Shown here: positions 49,608 to 57,863 of the stretch, one piece after another | How the letters are laid out: every line of letters starts with the position of its first letter | How positions within the stretch are numbered: the first letter of the stretch is position 1 | Virus record (IMG/VR): IMGVR_UViG_3300025617_000006 | Length of the DNA: 64,000 nt | Reading direction: 5' to 3' (one strand) | From: a virus | Notes under the pieces: generated by a model | What the model saw: only the letters and a program-made list of their open reading frames with translations | Told to the model about the DNA's origin: nothing | Databases searched by the model: none | Made by a program: the position numbers and the translations under genes

Positions 49608-50238
49608 TTTTCCACGTAGATCCGGTTGCTGTTTTTAAGCGATGTGAAAACGTCATAGTGTCAACATCAAATATATCTCCAGTAGGATGCCCGTCTATAA
49701 TACATTCGCCTTCTTTACTAAATGATACATTGTCGTTAATCTTAGTAAAGTTTGGTGTGTTGTAACCAATCATAACAGGCGGAGGCACTTCAGTCATACC
49801 GTACCAGTTTGCTACTGTTTGTACTCCACGCTCTTTAAATGCATCAATAAATGATTGCTCAATTTTATTAGATCCAGTAACCATATAACGCACACTACTC
49901 ATGTCCAATTTATCAAACCCTTTTGTTTTTTGTAGTAATTCTAAATGGCGTGGAATTAACGCTATATACGTCGGTTTAACGCTATTAAACAGTGTAGGGT
50001 AGGTAAGTGCATTAAAGACGCTACAAACGTGCTGTGCGCCGCTTAAATACGCCGGAAAAGCGGTTATAGTGAAGTGTGCTATAGTATTTGCTGGAAATAC
50101 GTCTAATACAATGTCTTGCTTAGTTAAACCAATTTCTGCAACAGAACGACTAGCGCACTGTTGCAGATATTCCCAAGTGTGGGTAACTTTTTTTGGTTCA
50201 TCAGTTGAACCTGATGTGAATAGCGTAAGGGTGCTCAT
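49597..50238 (-). CDS. Minimal AMP-binding (ANL adenylation) enzyme
   Basis: FTSGSTDEPK (A3), YGMTE (A5), TGD (A7); only 213 aa. Confidence 0.8.
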   Translation of the reverse strand: MSTLTLFTSGSTDEPKKVTHTWEYLQQCASRSVAEIGLTKQDIVLDVFPANTIAHFTITAFPAYLSGAQHVCSVFNALTYPTLFNSVKPTYIALIPRHLELLQKTKGFDKLDMSSVRYMVTGSNKIEQSFIDAFKERGVQTVANWYGMTEVPPPVMIGYNTPNFTKINDNVSFSKEGECIIDGHPTGDIFDVDTMTFSHRLKTATGSTWKNEF

Positions 50239-50243
50239 ACACT

Positions 50244-50249
50244 TACTTA
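50244..50249 (-). promoter_or_regulatory. Late-type promoter TAAGTA, 5 nt before ATG
   Basis: TAAGTA-AGTGT-ATG(50238), no SD. Confidence 0.5.
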
Positions 50250-50270
50250 TTTAAAAATTATTTAGGAAGA

Positions 50271-51551
50271 TTAATAAAAGGCAATCCAACCAGTACCGTC
50301 GTAGTATACAGGGTAACTATTACCAGTTCCTTTAGATACCGGATCCCAGTTAGTTCCGTCAGCAATAGCAATCATACCTTCTAGTGCTGATGTAGGTTCA
50401 GTTGCTAATGGTGATAACTTCATAAACCCGTTTACATCTAAAGTTGCGTCAGCAACATAGTTAGTATTGTTATTAATTGAAAGATAACCACGTGCATCAT
50501 ATGACATTGCATTTAATGATGGACCTGTTCCTGTTCCTACGTTGTTAATAAACTGAATTTTACCTTTAGCAGTATCGTCAGCAACAGTTTCGTTAGGATC
50601 AATTTGAAAAGCAATAATGCCTGTTGGTACATACTCTTCAGTACCTGGATCATATGCTCGACCACTAATGCCACCTACAAAATCGCCTGCTGTTGCCGCT
50701 ACTGGAGTTTCCATATCGCCGTGGCGTGACGAAAACTGCAACTTAGGCATACTACCGACATTTGTGCCAGCAAGGTTAATTATATCAATTGGTGGAGCCG
50801 CATCAACATTATAAATTTCAAATGTTGGACTATTGACATCATCAAGTGCACCAAACTCAAGTGTGTTACTATTAGTTAATAAAATTTGATTGCCAGCAAT
50901 TTCAACAGTACCGTTGTCTAATTTAACAGTACCATTAACAGCATCTACAAGTTGTGTACTGTCGTCAGCAAAAATTGAGCCTTGAATGTCTGCACTAAGT
51001 TGTGCAATCTGTAGAGTATTAAGATCAATATCCTGTGGCTTCCATTGTGCCGCATCATTATCCCATGTTAATACTTGTCCTGGACCAGGATCGTCTACAC
51101 CTGATGTACTTACGTCACCTAACCCATCAATGCTCTTACCTGCTAATTGTACATCTAAGTCGAATGATAAAAATGCTTCGTCTTGGGGAGTATAAGCACC
51201 TTCACCACCGTTAGCAGTATCGTCCCATTTTAATACTTTGTTATTAATAACACCAGTGTTATCAACATCTGTTAAATCATCAATTGATTGCGTTACTTCA
51301 ATTGTCTGAGGTTCCCACTGATCAGCAGTAGTATTCCAAACTAGTGATTGCCCGTTTGCTTTTCCTGCTGTGTTTACTTTTTCTAAATCGTCTAATCCTA
51401 ATGCTGGATTAATTAATGTTCCAGTAGATGACGATCCATCACCGATATACAGTTTGCCTGTATCTGTAGTATAAATCGGTTCGCCTAAGGCAGAAGAGCC
51501 TGTTAAAGCATCTAACTCCGCCTGGGTACCTCTTCTAATTTTAAGTGCCAT
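50271..51551 (-). CDS. Tail fibre/structural protein with Mtd_N-like N-terminus
   Basis: MALKIRRGT...GEPIYTTDTGKLYIGDG; repeats L(D/G)DV...GQ(S/V)LxW; TAAATA motif upstream at 51585-51590. Confidence 0.8.
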   Translation of the reverse strand: MALKIRRGTQAELDALTGSSALGEPIYTTDTGKLYIGDGSSSTGTLINPALGLDDLEKVNTAGKANGQSLVWNTTADQWEPQTIEVTQSIDDLTDVDNTGVINNKVLKWDDTANGGEGAYTPQDEAFLSFDLDVQLAGKSIDGLGDVSTSGVDDPGPGQVLTWDNDAAQWKPQDIDLNTLQIAQLSADIQGSIFADDSTQLVDAVNGTVKLDNGTVEIAGNQILLTNSNTLEFGALDDVNSPTFEIYNVDAAPPIDIINLAGTNVGSMPKLQFSSRHGDMETPVAATAGDFVGGISGRAYDPGTEEYVPTGIIAFQIDPNETVADDTAKGKIQFINNVGTGTGPSLNAMSYDARGYLSINNNTNYVADATLDVNGFMKLSPLATEPTSALEGMIAIADGTNWDPVSKGTGNSYPVYYDGTGWIAFY

Positions 51552-51619
51552 TCTTGCTAACTCCCAATATCAATTTGCTATATGTATTTATGCGATTTGG
51601 CATCTTTACTCAATAACGA

Positions 51620-51937
51620 TTATTTACGTATTTTAGCATTTTTAAGTGCTTTTCCTACGCTTTTTTCGACATCGGTTTTGATCTTTGCACTGTCAATAGC
51701 AAAGTTTACGCCTGTAATGACATCTCCATATTCGTCAAATAGGTCACGTATTTCCGTGTCAAACGCTTTTTGAGACGCATTACTTTTTGTCTCAATGATC
51801 CACTGTTTACCATTGTTAAAATTTACTTCGATATGCTCTAAGTATTCAAGAGGTATAGTATCTACTTCAATACCTCTAAATACTTCTGGCCAGTGTTTAA
51901 TAACGTCCTCAGGAAGTTTAATTCTCCTGATCCCCAT
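51620..51937 (-). CDS. Hypothetical protein
   Basis: 105-aa ORF in the minus-strand gene train. Confidence 0.65.
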   Translation of the reverse strand: MGIRRIKLPEDVIKHWPEVFRGIEVDTIPLEYLEHIEVNFNNGKQWIIETKSNASQKAFDTEIRDLFDEYGDVITGVNFAIDSAKIKTDVEKSVGKALKNAKIRK

Positions 51938-51943
51938 TCTTGA

Positions 51944-52537
51944 TCAAGCCTTGGCTTTTTTCTTTGTAGGGACTAATGCCTCTGCATCACGACGTAGTTG
52001 TGCCGCTTCCTTACTTAGACGATCGGCTTGCGAACGATACTGTGCCGCTAAGTCTTCGTCTGATAAAACACCTTCGGTTTGAGTTGCTACTGGCTCGCTT
52101 GATGGAGTAGTAGTATCAGTTGCTGTTGGGGTTTGCGCTTCAGGTTCTGAATTATCTTTAATTGCAAGATCTTCGATAGCAACGCCTTTTTGTTCAGCAA
52201 TAATCTTATTAAGTTCTGCAAGATTGATAGCAGTATTTGTATCAGGAGTCATTTCAACTTCTGTTGTTTTTACTTTAACAAGTTTACCTTGCGAGTGAAA
52301 CTTTGCTAACATAACAGCACCGTCACTTAAACGTGTACGTGCCATTGCTTCAGCAAGTTCGTTTGCCGATTGTCCTGACGGTGACTCTACTAGTTGCATT
52401 AAAATATCATGATCCGAATCTGTTAAATTTTCAGTTGATACAATTAATGCACTTTCGGCATCGCCTGGCAATGTTCTGTATGCTACAGCAACTTTTCTTT
52501 TGTTTGTTGTTAGTCGTCCAATATGTTTAATCGCCAT
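51944..52537 (-). CDS. Hypothetical protein with C-terminal coiled coil
   Basis: ATG 52537 with GGAG SD; Thr/Pro linker followed by a helical tail. Confidence 0.7.
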   Translation of the reverse strand: MAIKHIGRLTTNKRKVAVAYRTLPGDAESALIVSTENLTDSDHDILMQLVESPSGQSANELAEAMARTRLSDGAVMLAKFHSQGKLVKVKTTEVEMTPDTNTAINLAELNKIIAEQKGVAIEDLAIKDNSEPEAQTPTATDTTTPSSEPVATQTEGVLSDEDLAAQYRSQADRLSKEAAQLRRDAEALVPTKKKAKA

Positions 52538-52541
52538 GTTA

Positions 52542-52838
52542 TTACTCCGTTGGTTCGCCTGATAACGCAGATGCCGCATCAGCACCGCTTACCGGAGAAT
52601 TAGTTGTTGGGGTTGCGTCTGATTGTTTAGCCGCTTCCTCTTGTTGCTTTTGGATAGTAGACAAAAACGTGTCTAATTTATTATACGTTTGTCCTACTGC
52701 CGCAAGTTCGTTTGCTTTAAATGCACCGCGTTGTGTAGCAACATCGATAACTGTACGCAATACGTTTAAGTCTTGCACTGTTAAATCAACACCGCCAGCA
52801 TTGGCTGTTTGATCTGCAGGTTTATTTGTTTCTGACAT
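52542..52838 (-). CDS. Hypothetical protein
   Basis: ATG 52838 with AAGGA SD; IDVATQRGAFKANE core; TAAGTA motif at 52877-52882. Confidence 0.7.
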   Translation of the reverse strand: MSETNKPADQTANAGGVDLTVQDLNVLRTVIDVATQRGAFKANELAAVGQTYNKLDTFLSTIQKQQEEAAKQSDATPTTNSPVSGADAASALSGEPTE

Positions 52839-52879
52839 ATGTCCTTCTCCTTTGTTTAGTAATGTACATACATTATTAC

Positions 52880-53155
52880 TTATTTGTATTTTAATAGTGG
52901 GCATGCCAAAGCGAAATAAGATAGTTCTTTCGGATCTTCAAATCCGATTCTAATCTTCGTTGCTGACGCAGTACCCTGTTCTACAGCAAGTCCTCGCCCG
53001 ATATAAAAGCGACTTTTGCAATTAGTGGTAATCCAATTTTCCAAAGCCTTTTCTAGATTATAGTTTGGGTGAATATCTAAGTACTCCATGTGGGGACCTA
53101 GATAGTCTAATTTTCTAATCTTAAAAAAGTTAAGCGGATTCGGTTTCAACTTCAT
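52880..53155 (-). CDS. Hypothetical protein
   Basis: 91 aa, IGFEDPKELSYF; overlaps the end of the VWA gene. Confidence 0.6.
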   Translation of the reverse strand: MKLKPNPLNFFKIRKLDYLGPHMEYLDIHPNYNLEKALENWITTNCKSRFYIGRGLAVEQGTASATKIRIGFEDPKELSYFALACPLLKYK

Positions 53156-54410
53156 AGTGTGTAGTTACTCCAAATGGTGCTTGCGTATCTTTGTTATGGT
53201 GACTGTGAATAACGAAGATTGTATCACAGTAGTCAGCATCACCCCATGTATCCCAAGTATATCCGTCTGTAAACATAATGAACTTCTTCGGAACAATATC
53301 ATGTTCCTTCATGTAATTCCAGTTTGACATAAAGTCAGTGCCACCGCCACCTTTAACTTCATACGTACTAATATCAGCATTAGATGCATCAAAGTCTTGT
53401 TCGTTATATACCTTAGTATCAAAACACCAAACCTTAATATTAAATTCTTGATATTGATCCATAATTCCTTGTACTTCGCTAAGGAATACGTTTGCTTGTT
53501 CGTCGCCAATCGAACCTGACATATCAATTGCAATGCAAATATCAATAGTATCTTGAAAGTTTAGTCCTGGTAGAATAGCACCAGTATGCCACCCTTTACG
53601 TGATGGACGAGCAAATGTATAGTCATTGCGTATGGTAGATTGAATCTGTTGCTGAAGTAGTTCTTTCCAGTTCATTTTAGGTTCAGTAAGTTCTTGAATC
53701 AATCGTTCAATTTCTTTAGGCATATTGCCTGCACCTGAACTCTGTGCAGAACTGATCATAGACTCTTTAATTTCGTCACGTATCTTTCTAAGTTCGTCTT
53801 TACTGTATGAAGGTTTAGAACCTTTGCCGTCTTTAGTATCAGCACCAGACTTTCCTGCTCCGTTATTACTTCCTTGATTGTCACTGTCCCAGTCAATGTG
53901 ATCGTCAAGTAATTGACCTAACTGGTTAAGTTCATCTTCGTCGTACTTTTCTTTTAGTTCATCATAGATTTCTTCTGAACTCATTGGGTCATACTTAAAG
54001 TCGTAGTAGAGTGGAAGGTTGGGTTTTTCACCAATGCGGTCACGGATAAGAATATTGTTTACTTTATAGTCTGCCGCAATGTTATATAATTGTGCATCTC
54101 TCTTTTCTCTACGACCCATATGATCATATACGCAGTGTAAAATTTCGTGTGCAATAACAAACTCAATGTGCTTGTTTGTTAGAGTTGAAAAAAAGCCAAC
54201 ATTATAATATAAATGACGTCCGTCTGTAGCGGCAGTAGGACACCAGTCACTTGCGTCTTGAATTTTAAGACGTGTAGCCATATTACCAAAAAATGGATGA
54301 CGTAAAAGCAAACCTACTCGTGCAACAATGATTCTATCTAACACTTCTGCACGAAGTTCGTCAGTAATTTCAACTTCAACTGCTTCTGCTTTTTCTAGTA
54401 CATTTGCCAT
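53130..54410 (-). CDS. Metallopeptidase-like (HExxH) + VWA domain protein (DUF2201-like), MoxR partner
   Basis: AATDG, AHEILH, IDMSGS MIDAS, GGGTDF, FTDGY. ATG 54410 with GGAG SD. Confidence 0.85.
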   Translation of the reverse strand: MANVLEKAEAVEVEITDELRAEVLDRIIVARVGLLLRHPFFGNMATRLKIQDASDWCPTAATDGRHLYYNVGFFSTLTNKHIEFVIAHEILHCVYDHMGRREKRDAQLYNIAADYKVNNILIRDRIGEKPNLPLYYDFKYDPMSSEEIYDELKEKYDEDELNQLGQLLDDHIDWDSDNQGSNNGAGKSGADTKDGKGSKPSYSKDELRKIRDEIKESMISSAQSSGAGNMPKEIERLIQELTEPKMNWKELLQQQIQSTIRNDYTFARPSRKGWHTGAILPGLNFQDTIDICIAIDMSGSIGDEQANVFLSEVQGIMDQYQEFNIKVWCFDTKVYNEQDFDASNADISTYEVKGGGGTDFMSNWNYMKEHDIVPKKFIMFTDGYTWDTWGDADYCDTIFVIHSHHNKDTQAPFGVTTHYEVETESA

Positions 54411-54439
54411 GTTTATCTCCAGTGCCATATTATGTATAC

Positions 54440-54468
54440 ATTATAGTATATATAAAACTATTTGTCAA
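54440..54468 (-). promoter_or_regulatory. Sigma70 consensus (early) promoter
   Basis: TTGACA-17 nt-TATAAT, exact consensus. Confidence 0.85.
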
Positions 54469-54475
54469 CCATTTT

Positions 54476-54524
54476 AAATAAAATTGGAGGAGGACTTACC
54501 AGCATAAGCCATCGCCTCCCCCAA
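54476..54524 (-). terminator. Intrinsic terminator-like hairpin
   Basis: TTGGGGGAGG/CCTCCTCCAA 10-bp stem, 5-nt bulge, GCTTA/TAAGT stem, then a T-rich tract; follows the AAA gene. Confidence 0.65.
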
Positions 54525-54530
54525 AGTGTT

Positions 54531-55616
54531 TTAAGAAGCCTGTGCGGCAGTTACATACTTGCCGAACTTATCATGGAACTCATCGAAACATTCGACTTCA
54601 TCAGGATCGATTGGAAGTTGGTATTGCGTAAGAGCAAGTTTAATACCCATTACAACCAATTCAGTATCGAAATTGTCCATTGCAAAACGCAAAAAGTTAT
54701 TAACCATATCGTCAAACTTTTTATCGTTTTTATCACTGGCTTCTTTTAGTTCATAGCAAAGTGATACAGTCAAGGAATACATGGCACTGATTTCTTTTGT
54801 CTGTAACTCTTTTACTTTCCCTGCCAAAATCTCTGAAGGATTAGGCAAGTCAGCCGCCATCTTACGATGCGCCATGAACTTAACAGCAAGGCCTTCGCCT
54901 ACTGCCCCACTTACTAGATCAGTAGTGGTATTTTCGTCATCATCGTCCTCAAGTAATTCGGACACAAACGACCACGAACGCGGTGTAGCAAATGAACGGC
55001 TTGCGGCTTTAGGATCAAAGTCATACAAGTCGCGCTTGCTATATGTTAGGTAACCTACAACATCTTCGTGGATGTCGTTGTTTACTGCCCACTGGAACCA
55101 GTCTTCAAAGTCGACTTTAAGTTCTAAGTGTACAAAACGATTTGCCAACGGCGCTGGCATACGATATGTAACACCCTTGTCAGCATCACGGTTACCGGCG
55201 GCTACAATTAGTACATTGTCGGGCAATTCATATTGGCCAACCTTACGGTTAAGTATCAATTGATATGCCGCGGCCTGTACAGCAGGCGCCGCTGAATTCA
55301 TTTCGTCTAAGAACAATACAATGTTATCGTATTGTGTTGCCATTTCAGCAGTTGGCAGTTCTGCAGGTGGCGCCCAAAGCATACAGTTGTCGTTTGCACT
55401 GTAATACGGGATACCTTTAATGTCTGTTGGATCCCATAGTGACAAACGAATGTCGATTACTTTAGCGTTCATTGATGCACCAATTTGGTGAATAATGTCG
55501 GATTTACCAATACCCGGTGCGCCCCACAAAAATAGTGGACGCTTCTTTTTAAATGCCCGTGTAATACTTTTCTTTGCATTATTGGGCGATACTGTGCGTG
55601 TTGCGATATTTTCCAT
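54531..55616 (-). CDS. MoxR-like AAA+ ATPase
   Basis: GAPGIGKS Walker A, LFLDE Walker B, AAGN sensor I, LANRF Arg finger, TPRSW. Confidence 0.9.
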   Translation of the reverse strand: MENIATRTVSPNNAKKSITRAFKKKRPLFLWGAPGIGKSDIIHQIGASMNAKVIDIRLSLWDPTDIKGIPYYSANDNCMLWAPPAELPTAEMATQYDNIVLFLDEMNSAAPAVQAAAYQLILNRKVGQYELPDNVLIVAAGNRDADKGVTYRMPAPLANRFVHLELKVDFEDWFQWAVNNDIHEDVVGYLTYSKRDLYDFDPKAASRSFATPRSWSFVSELLEDDDDENTTTDLVSGAVGEGLAVKFMAHRKMAADLPNPSEILAGKVKELQTKEISAMYSLTVSLCYELKEASDKNDKKFDDMVNNFLRFAMDNFDTELVVMGIKLALTQYQLPIDPDEVECFDEFHDKFGKYVTAAQAS

Positions 55617-55665
55617 AATGTATTCCTCTTGTTTCAGTCAGTGCCTAATTTCTAACTATACATAT

Positions 55666-55693
55666 AGTATACACTCAACAGGATAAAAGTCAA
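55666..55693 (-). promoter_or_regulatory. Sigma70-like promoter
   Basis: TTGACT-16 nt-TATACT, upstream of a GAGG SD and the AAA gene. Confidence 0.65.
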
Positions 55694-55719
55694 CCATTAT
55701 TTTTGGTTTTTTTAATTTT

Positions 55720-56112
55720 TTAGGATAATTCGTCGTCGGCTCGTTTTAACGCTTTGGTTAAGCCGTACTTTTTGGCATCGCCACTAAAAAGATGCAGTTC
55801 GAGTGCTTTCTTTTCGTCGAATACTGTGATATTTTTATTTGTAAGATAATATGGACATGTAATAAATTGATCTAGCCATATAATAGTATTAGTTGTAAGA
55901 TCAAAATCAGCCGGAAACGGGACTTCGTAATCTGTTAGATCTAATTTTTCTTTTAGAAATAGGTAACCCTTATCAGTGAGACGCAGGCCACCTTTTTCTT
56001 TTATTCTTGTATTTTGCCACCAAACTGGCATATACTGTTTAAGTGTAGTTTGATTTACACTTATGTTTGCTTGCTTTAAGAAAACCTTAGTATATGTTTC
56101 TTTCCAGTTCAC
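55720..56112 (-). CDS. Hypothetical protein
   Basis: 130 aa, GGLRLTDKG motif. Confidence 0.7.
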   Translation of the reverse strand: MNWKETYTKVFLKQANISVNQTTLKQYMPVWWQNTRIKEKGGLRLTDKGYLFLKEKLDLTDYEVPFPADFDLTTNTIIWLDQFITCPYYLTNKNITVFDEKKALELHLFSGDAKKYGLTKALKRADDELS

Positions 56113-56117
56113 TTTAG

Positions 56118-56588
56118 TTATTTGTCTTCCATTAGTTTTACTGCGGCGTCATAGTCTTCTTGTGAAACAACACCTTCACGTAATAATTTTTCTCTGTTAG
56201 CCATATGTTTCATAGCAATTTCTTCTTTTGAACCTCCGAAGTATGCTACTGCATGTCCTTCTTCAATAAGAATGTCTGTTACTTTACGGTCACCTACTTT
56301 GAAGTCTCCTAGGATACGTCCGAACTTGCCTTTCATATCTTCGCCTTTACGATCTTCTGTGGTAATAAGTTTTCCGCCATTGGCCATAAGTTCTTTGAGC
56401 CTTGCTTTAGCGGCTTCGCCAAAGAGGTCCTCCACTTTGTCTCTAGTTCTGCTCTCTGGTGTGTCAATCCCCATAATGCGAACTCTTTCATCTGTTAGTG
56501 TTACTCCAAACCCTAGATCGATATCTACATCTACTGTGTCCCCATCAACTACTTTGATGACGACTACGTCATATTCATTATTTTGCAT
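56118..56588 (-). CDS. Thermonuclease (SNase-like)
   Basis: VVDGDT, RIMGIDTPE, KFGRILG. Confidence 0.9.
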   Translation of the reverse strand: MQNNEYDVVVIKVVDGDTVDVDIDLGFGVTLTDERVRIMGIDTPESRTRDKVEDLFGEAAKARLKELMANGGKLITTEDRKGEDMKGKFGRILGDFKVGDRKVTDILIEEGHAVAYFGGSKEEIAMKHMANREKLLREGVVSQEDYDAAVKLMEDK

Positions 56589-56630
56589 TTTGCCCTCTCC
56601 TTAAATGCTTATTGTATTTTTTGCCCTATA

Positions 56631-56918
56631 CTACTCTTGTACTAGTTCACCTGTTGTCAACTTCACAACTGTAAACTCGTCAGAGTTAAATAATTCGTTT
56701 AATTTTTTCGCCAAGTTGTGTGCGTGTCCAGGATTGGAAAACGAAACCTTTTTATACTTAGGTCCAGGAAAACTTGTCAGTGAATTCTGCGTCTTAAGAT
56801 TAAACGGTTCGTCTTGATAAAACACTGCCCAAATGGCATCCGCTTTCAGAATCTGATCGCTTTTATATGTTTTTTTATCGATGTGTTCTAACAACACTGT
56901 TGGCTTAGGCCTACTCAT
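56631..56918 (-). CDS. Hypothetical protein
   Basis: 95 aa, KYKKVSFSNPGHA; AAGGA SD; TAAATA at 56949-56954. Confidence 0.7.
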   Translation of the reverse strand: MSRPKPTVLLEHIDKKTYKSDQILKADAIWAVFYQDEPFNLKTQNSLTSFPGPKYKKVSFSNPGHAHNLAKKLNELFNSDEFTVVKLTTGELVQE

Positions 56919-56956
56919 ATACGTAATCCTTTAAATTAACTACGTATATATTTATC

Positions 56957-57148
56957 CTAATTCTCAGTAATTGTTATATTAAACGCTGTAGTTATTCGCG
57001 GTACTTCGGTTTTTTGTACAGGAATACTATGGTTTAGATAGGGTGCAAAGAATATCATATCGCCTTCTAAGGCGTCTGCATTAGCAACTTCATGTTGCTT
57101 AACTTTTACTTTGTAGATATCAGAGGTGAAAAGAGTCTGTTTAATCAT
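56957..57148 (-). pseudogene. Internally deleted 2OG-Fe(II) oxygenase (TIGR02466-like) remnant
   Basis: N-terminal LFTSDIY is joined directly to C-terminal EGDMIFFAPYLNHSI...RITTAFN; the HxD/HxH region is missing; 63 aa. Confidence 0.55.
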
Positions 57149-57399
57149 TCTCCTTTAAACCCGCCTCCGTCCATCTCAACATTAATGGTTTGATTTTCTT
57201 CTCTATGTAGATTTTCGGCAACTAGTTTTTCTAAATCACCGTGCAGTCTAGTAGTTAGTTGACCAATAGTAAGTGCAAGAACTTCGGCCTGTTGCATACT
57301 TAGTTTTACATCTTTAGCATTTGATTGCTTGGCAGTTTTAACTTGTTGTAAAAACTGCTCTAGCGGAATAGTATTAATCGGATCTTTTTGCATCTGCAT
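57145..57399 (-). CDS. Hypothetical protein
   Basis: 84 aa, ends INVEMDGGGF; overlaps both neighbours. Confidence 0.65.
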   Translation of the reverse strand: MQMQKDPINTIPLEQFLQQVKTAKQSNAKDVKLSMQQAEVLALTIGQLTTRLHGDLEKLVAENLHREENQTINVEMDGGGFKGE

Positions 57400-57862
57400 T
57401 TGCCTTGCTTAGTTCTTGTCGCATAGTTAGTTCTGATTTAAACGGACCCTTTGATACATATTGTTCAATAGTCATTAGTTTAGGACAAAAACTACGCACC
57501 CATCCTTTATCAAACTGAATGATATAATATCCTGCACAGTAAAGACTTTTAGATTTTTTACTCTTCGTAAACAGAGGAAGTTTACGTTTTACATCATACA
57601 TACTATTATGTGGTATACACGAAGTAGGAAAATTGTGTACTTCTTTGTCACCAGTTGGAGCAGTCTCTTTATCTTTAATACCCCATTCAATATCTACATC
57701 TTTTACAAGTTGTTTTTCGTTTTCATAAAATTTAGTATGTGATTGACAGCAATACATGTATGACTTATCGTCTTGTTTGGAAAGGGTACCGATGCGTTCA
57801 CCATCTTCCTCTACAATCCAAAACTTATCTGCTACGATTGGGTTTGCTTTTAAATTTGTCAT
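57374..57862 (-). CDS. Hypothetical protein
   Basis: 162 aa, GGAGG SD, LPLFTKSKKSKSLYCAGYY. Confidence 0.7.
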   Translation of the reverse strand: MTNLKANPIVADKFWIVEEDGERIGTLSKQDDKSYMYCCQSHTKFYENEKQLVKDVDIEWGIKDKETAPTGDKEVHNFPTSCIPHNSMYDVKRKLPLFTKSKKSKSLYCAGYYIIQFDKGWVRSFCPKLMTIEQYVSKGPFKSELTMRQELSKANADAKRSD

Positions 57863-57863
57863 T

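Noticed and set aside
19818-50238. Classical RiPP or NRPS cluster
   Set aside because: No precursor peptide, carrier protein, condensation domain, protease or exporter was seen; the context is glycosyltransferases and fibres.
19477-50238. Bacterial contamination or a host LPS locus misassembled into the phage
   Set aside because: Composition, gene overlaps, promoter motif and apparent AGCT avoidance match the flanking virion genes; no wzx/wzy or transporter genes.
50271-51551. Diversity-generating retroelement target because of the Mtd_N-like start
   Set aside because: No reverse transcriptase, template repeat or C-type-lectin variable region is visible in the window.
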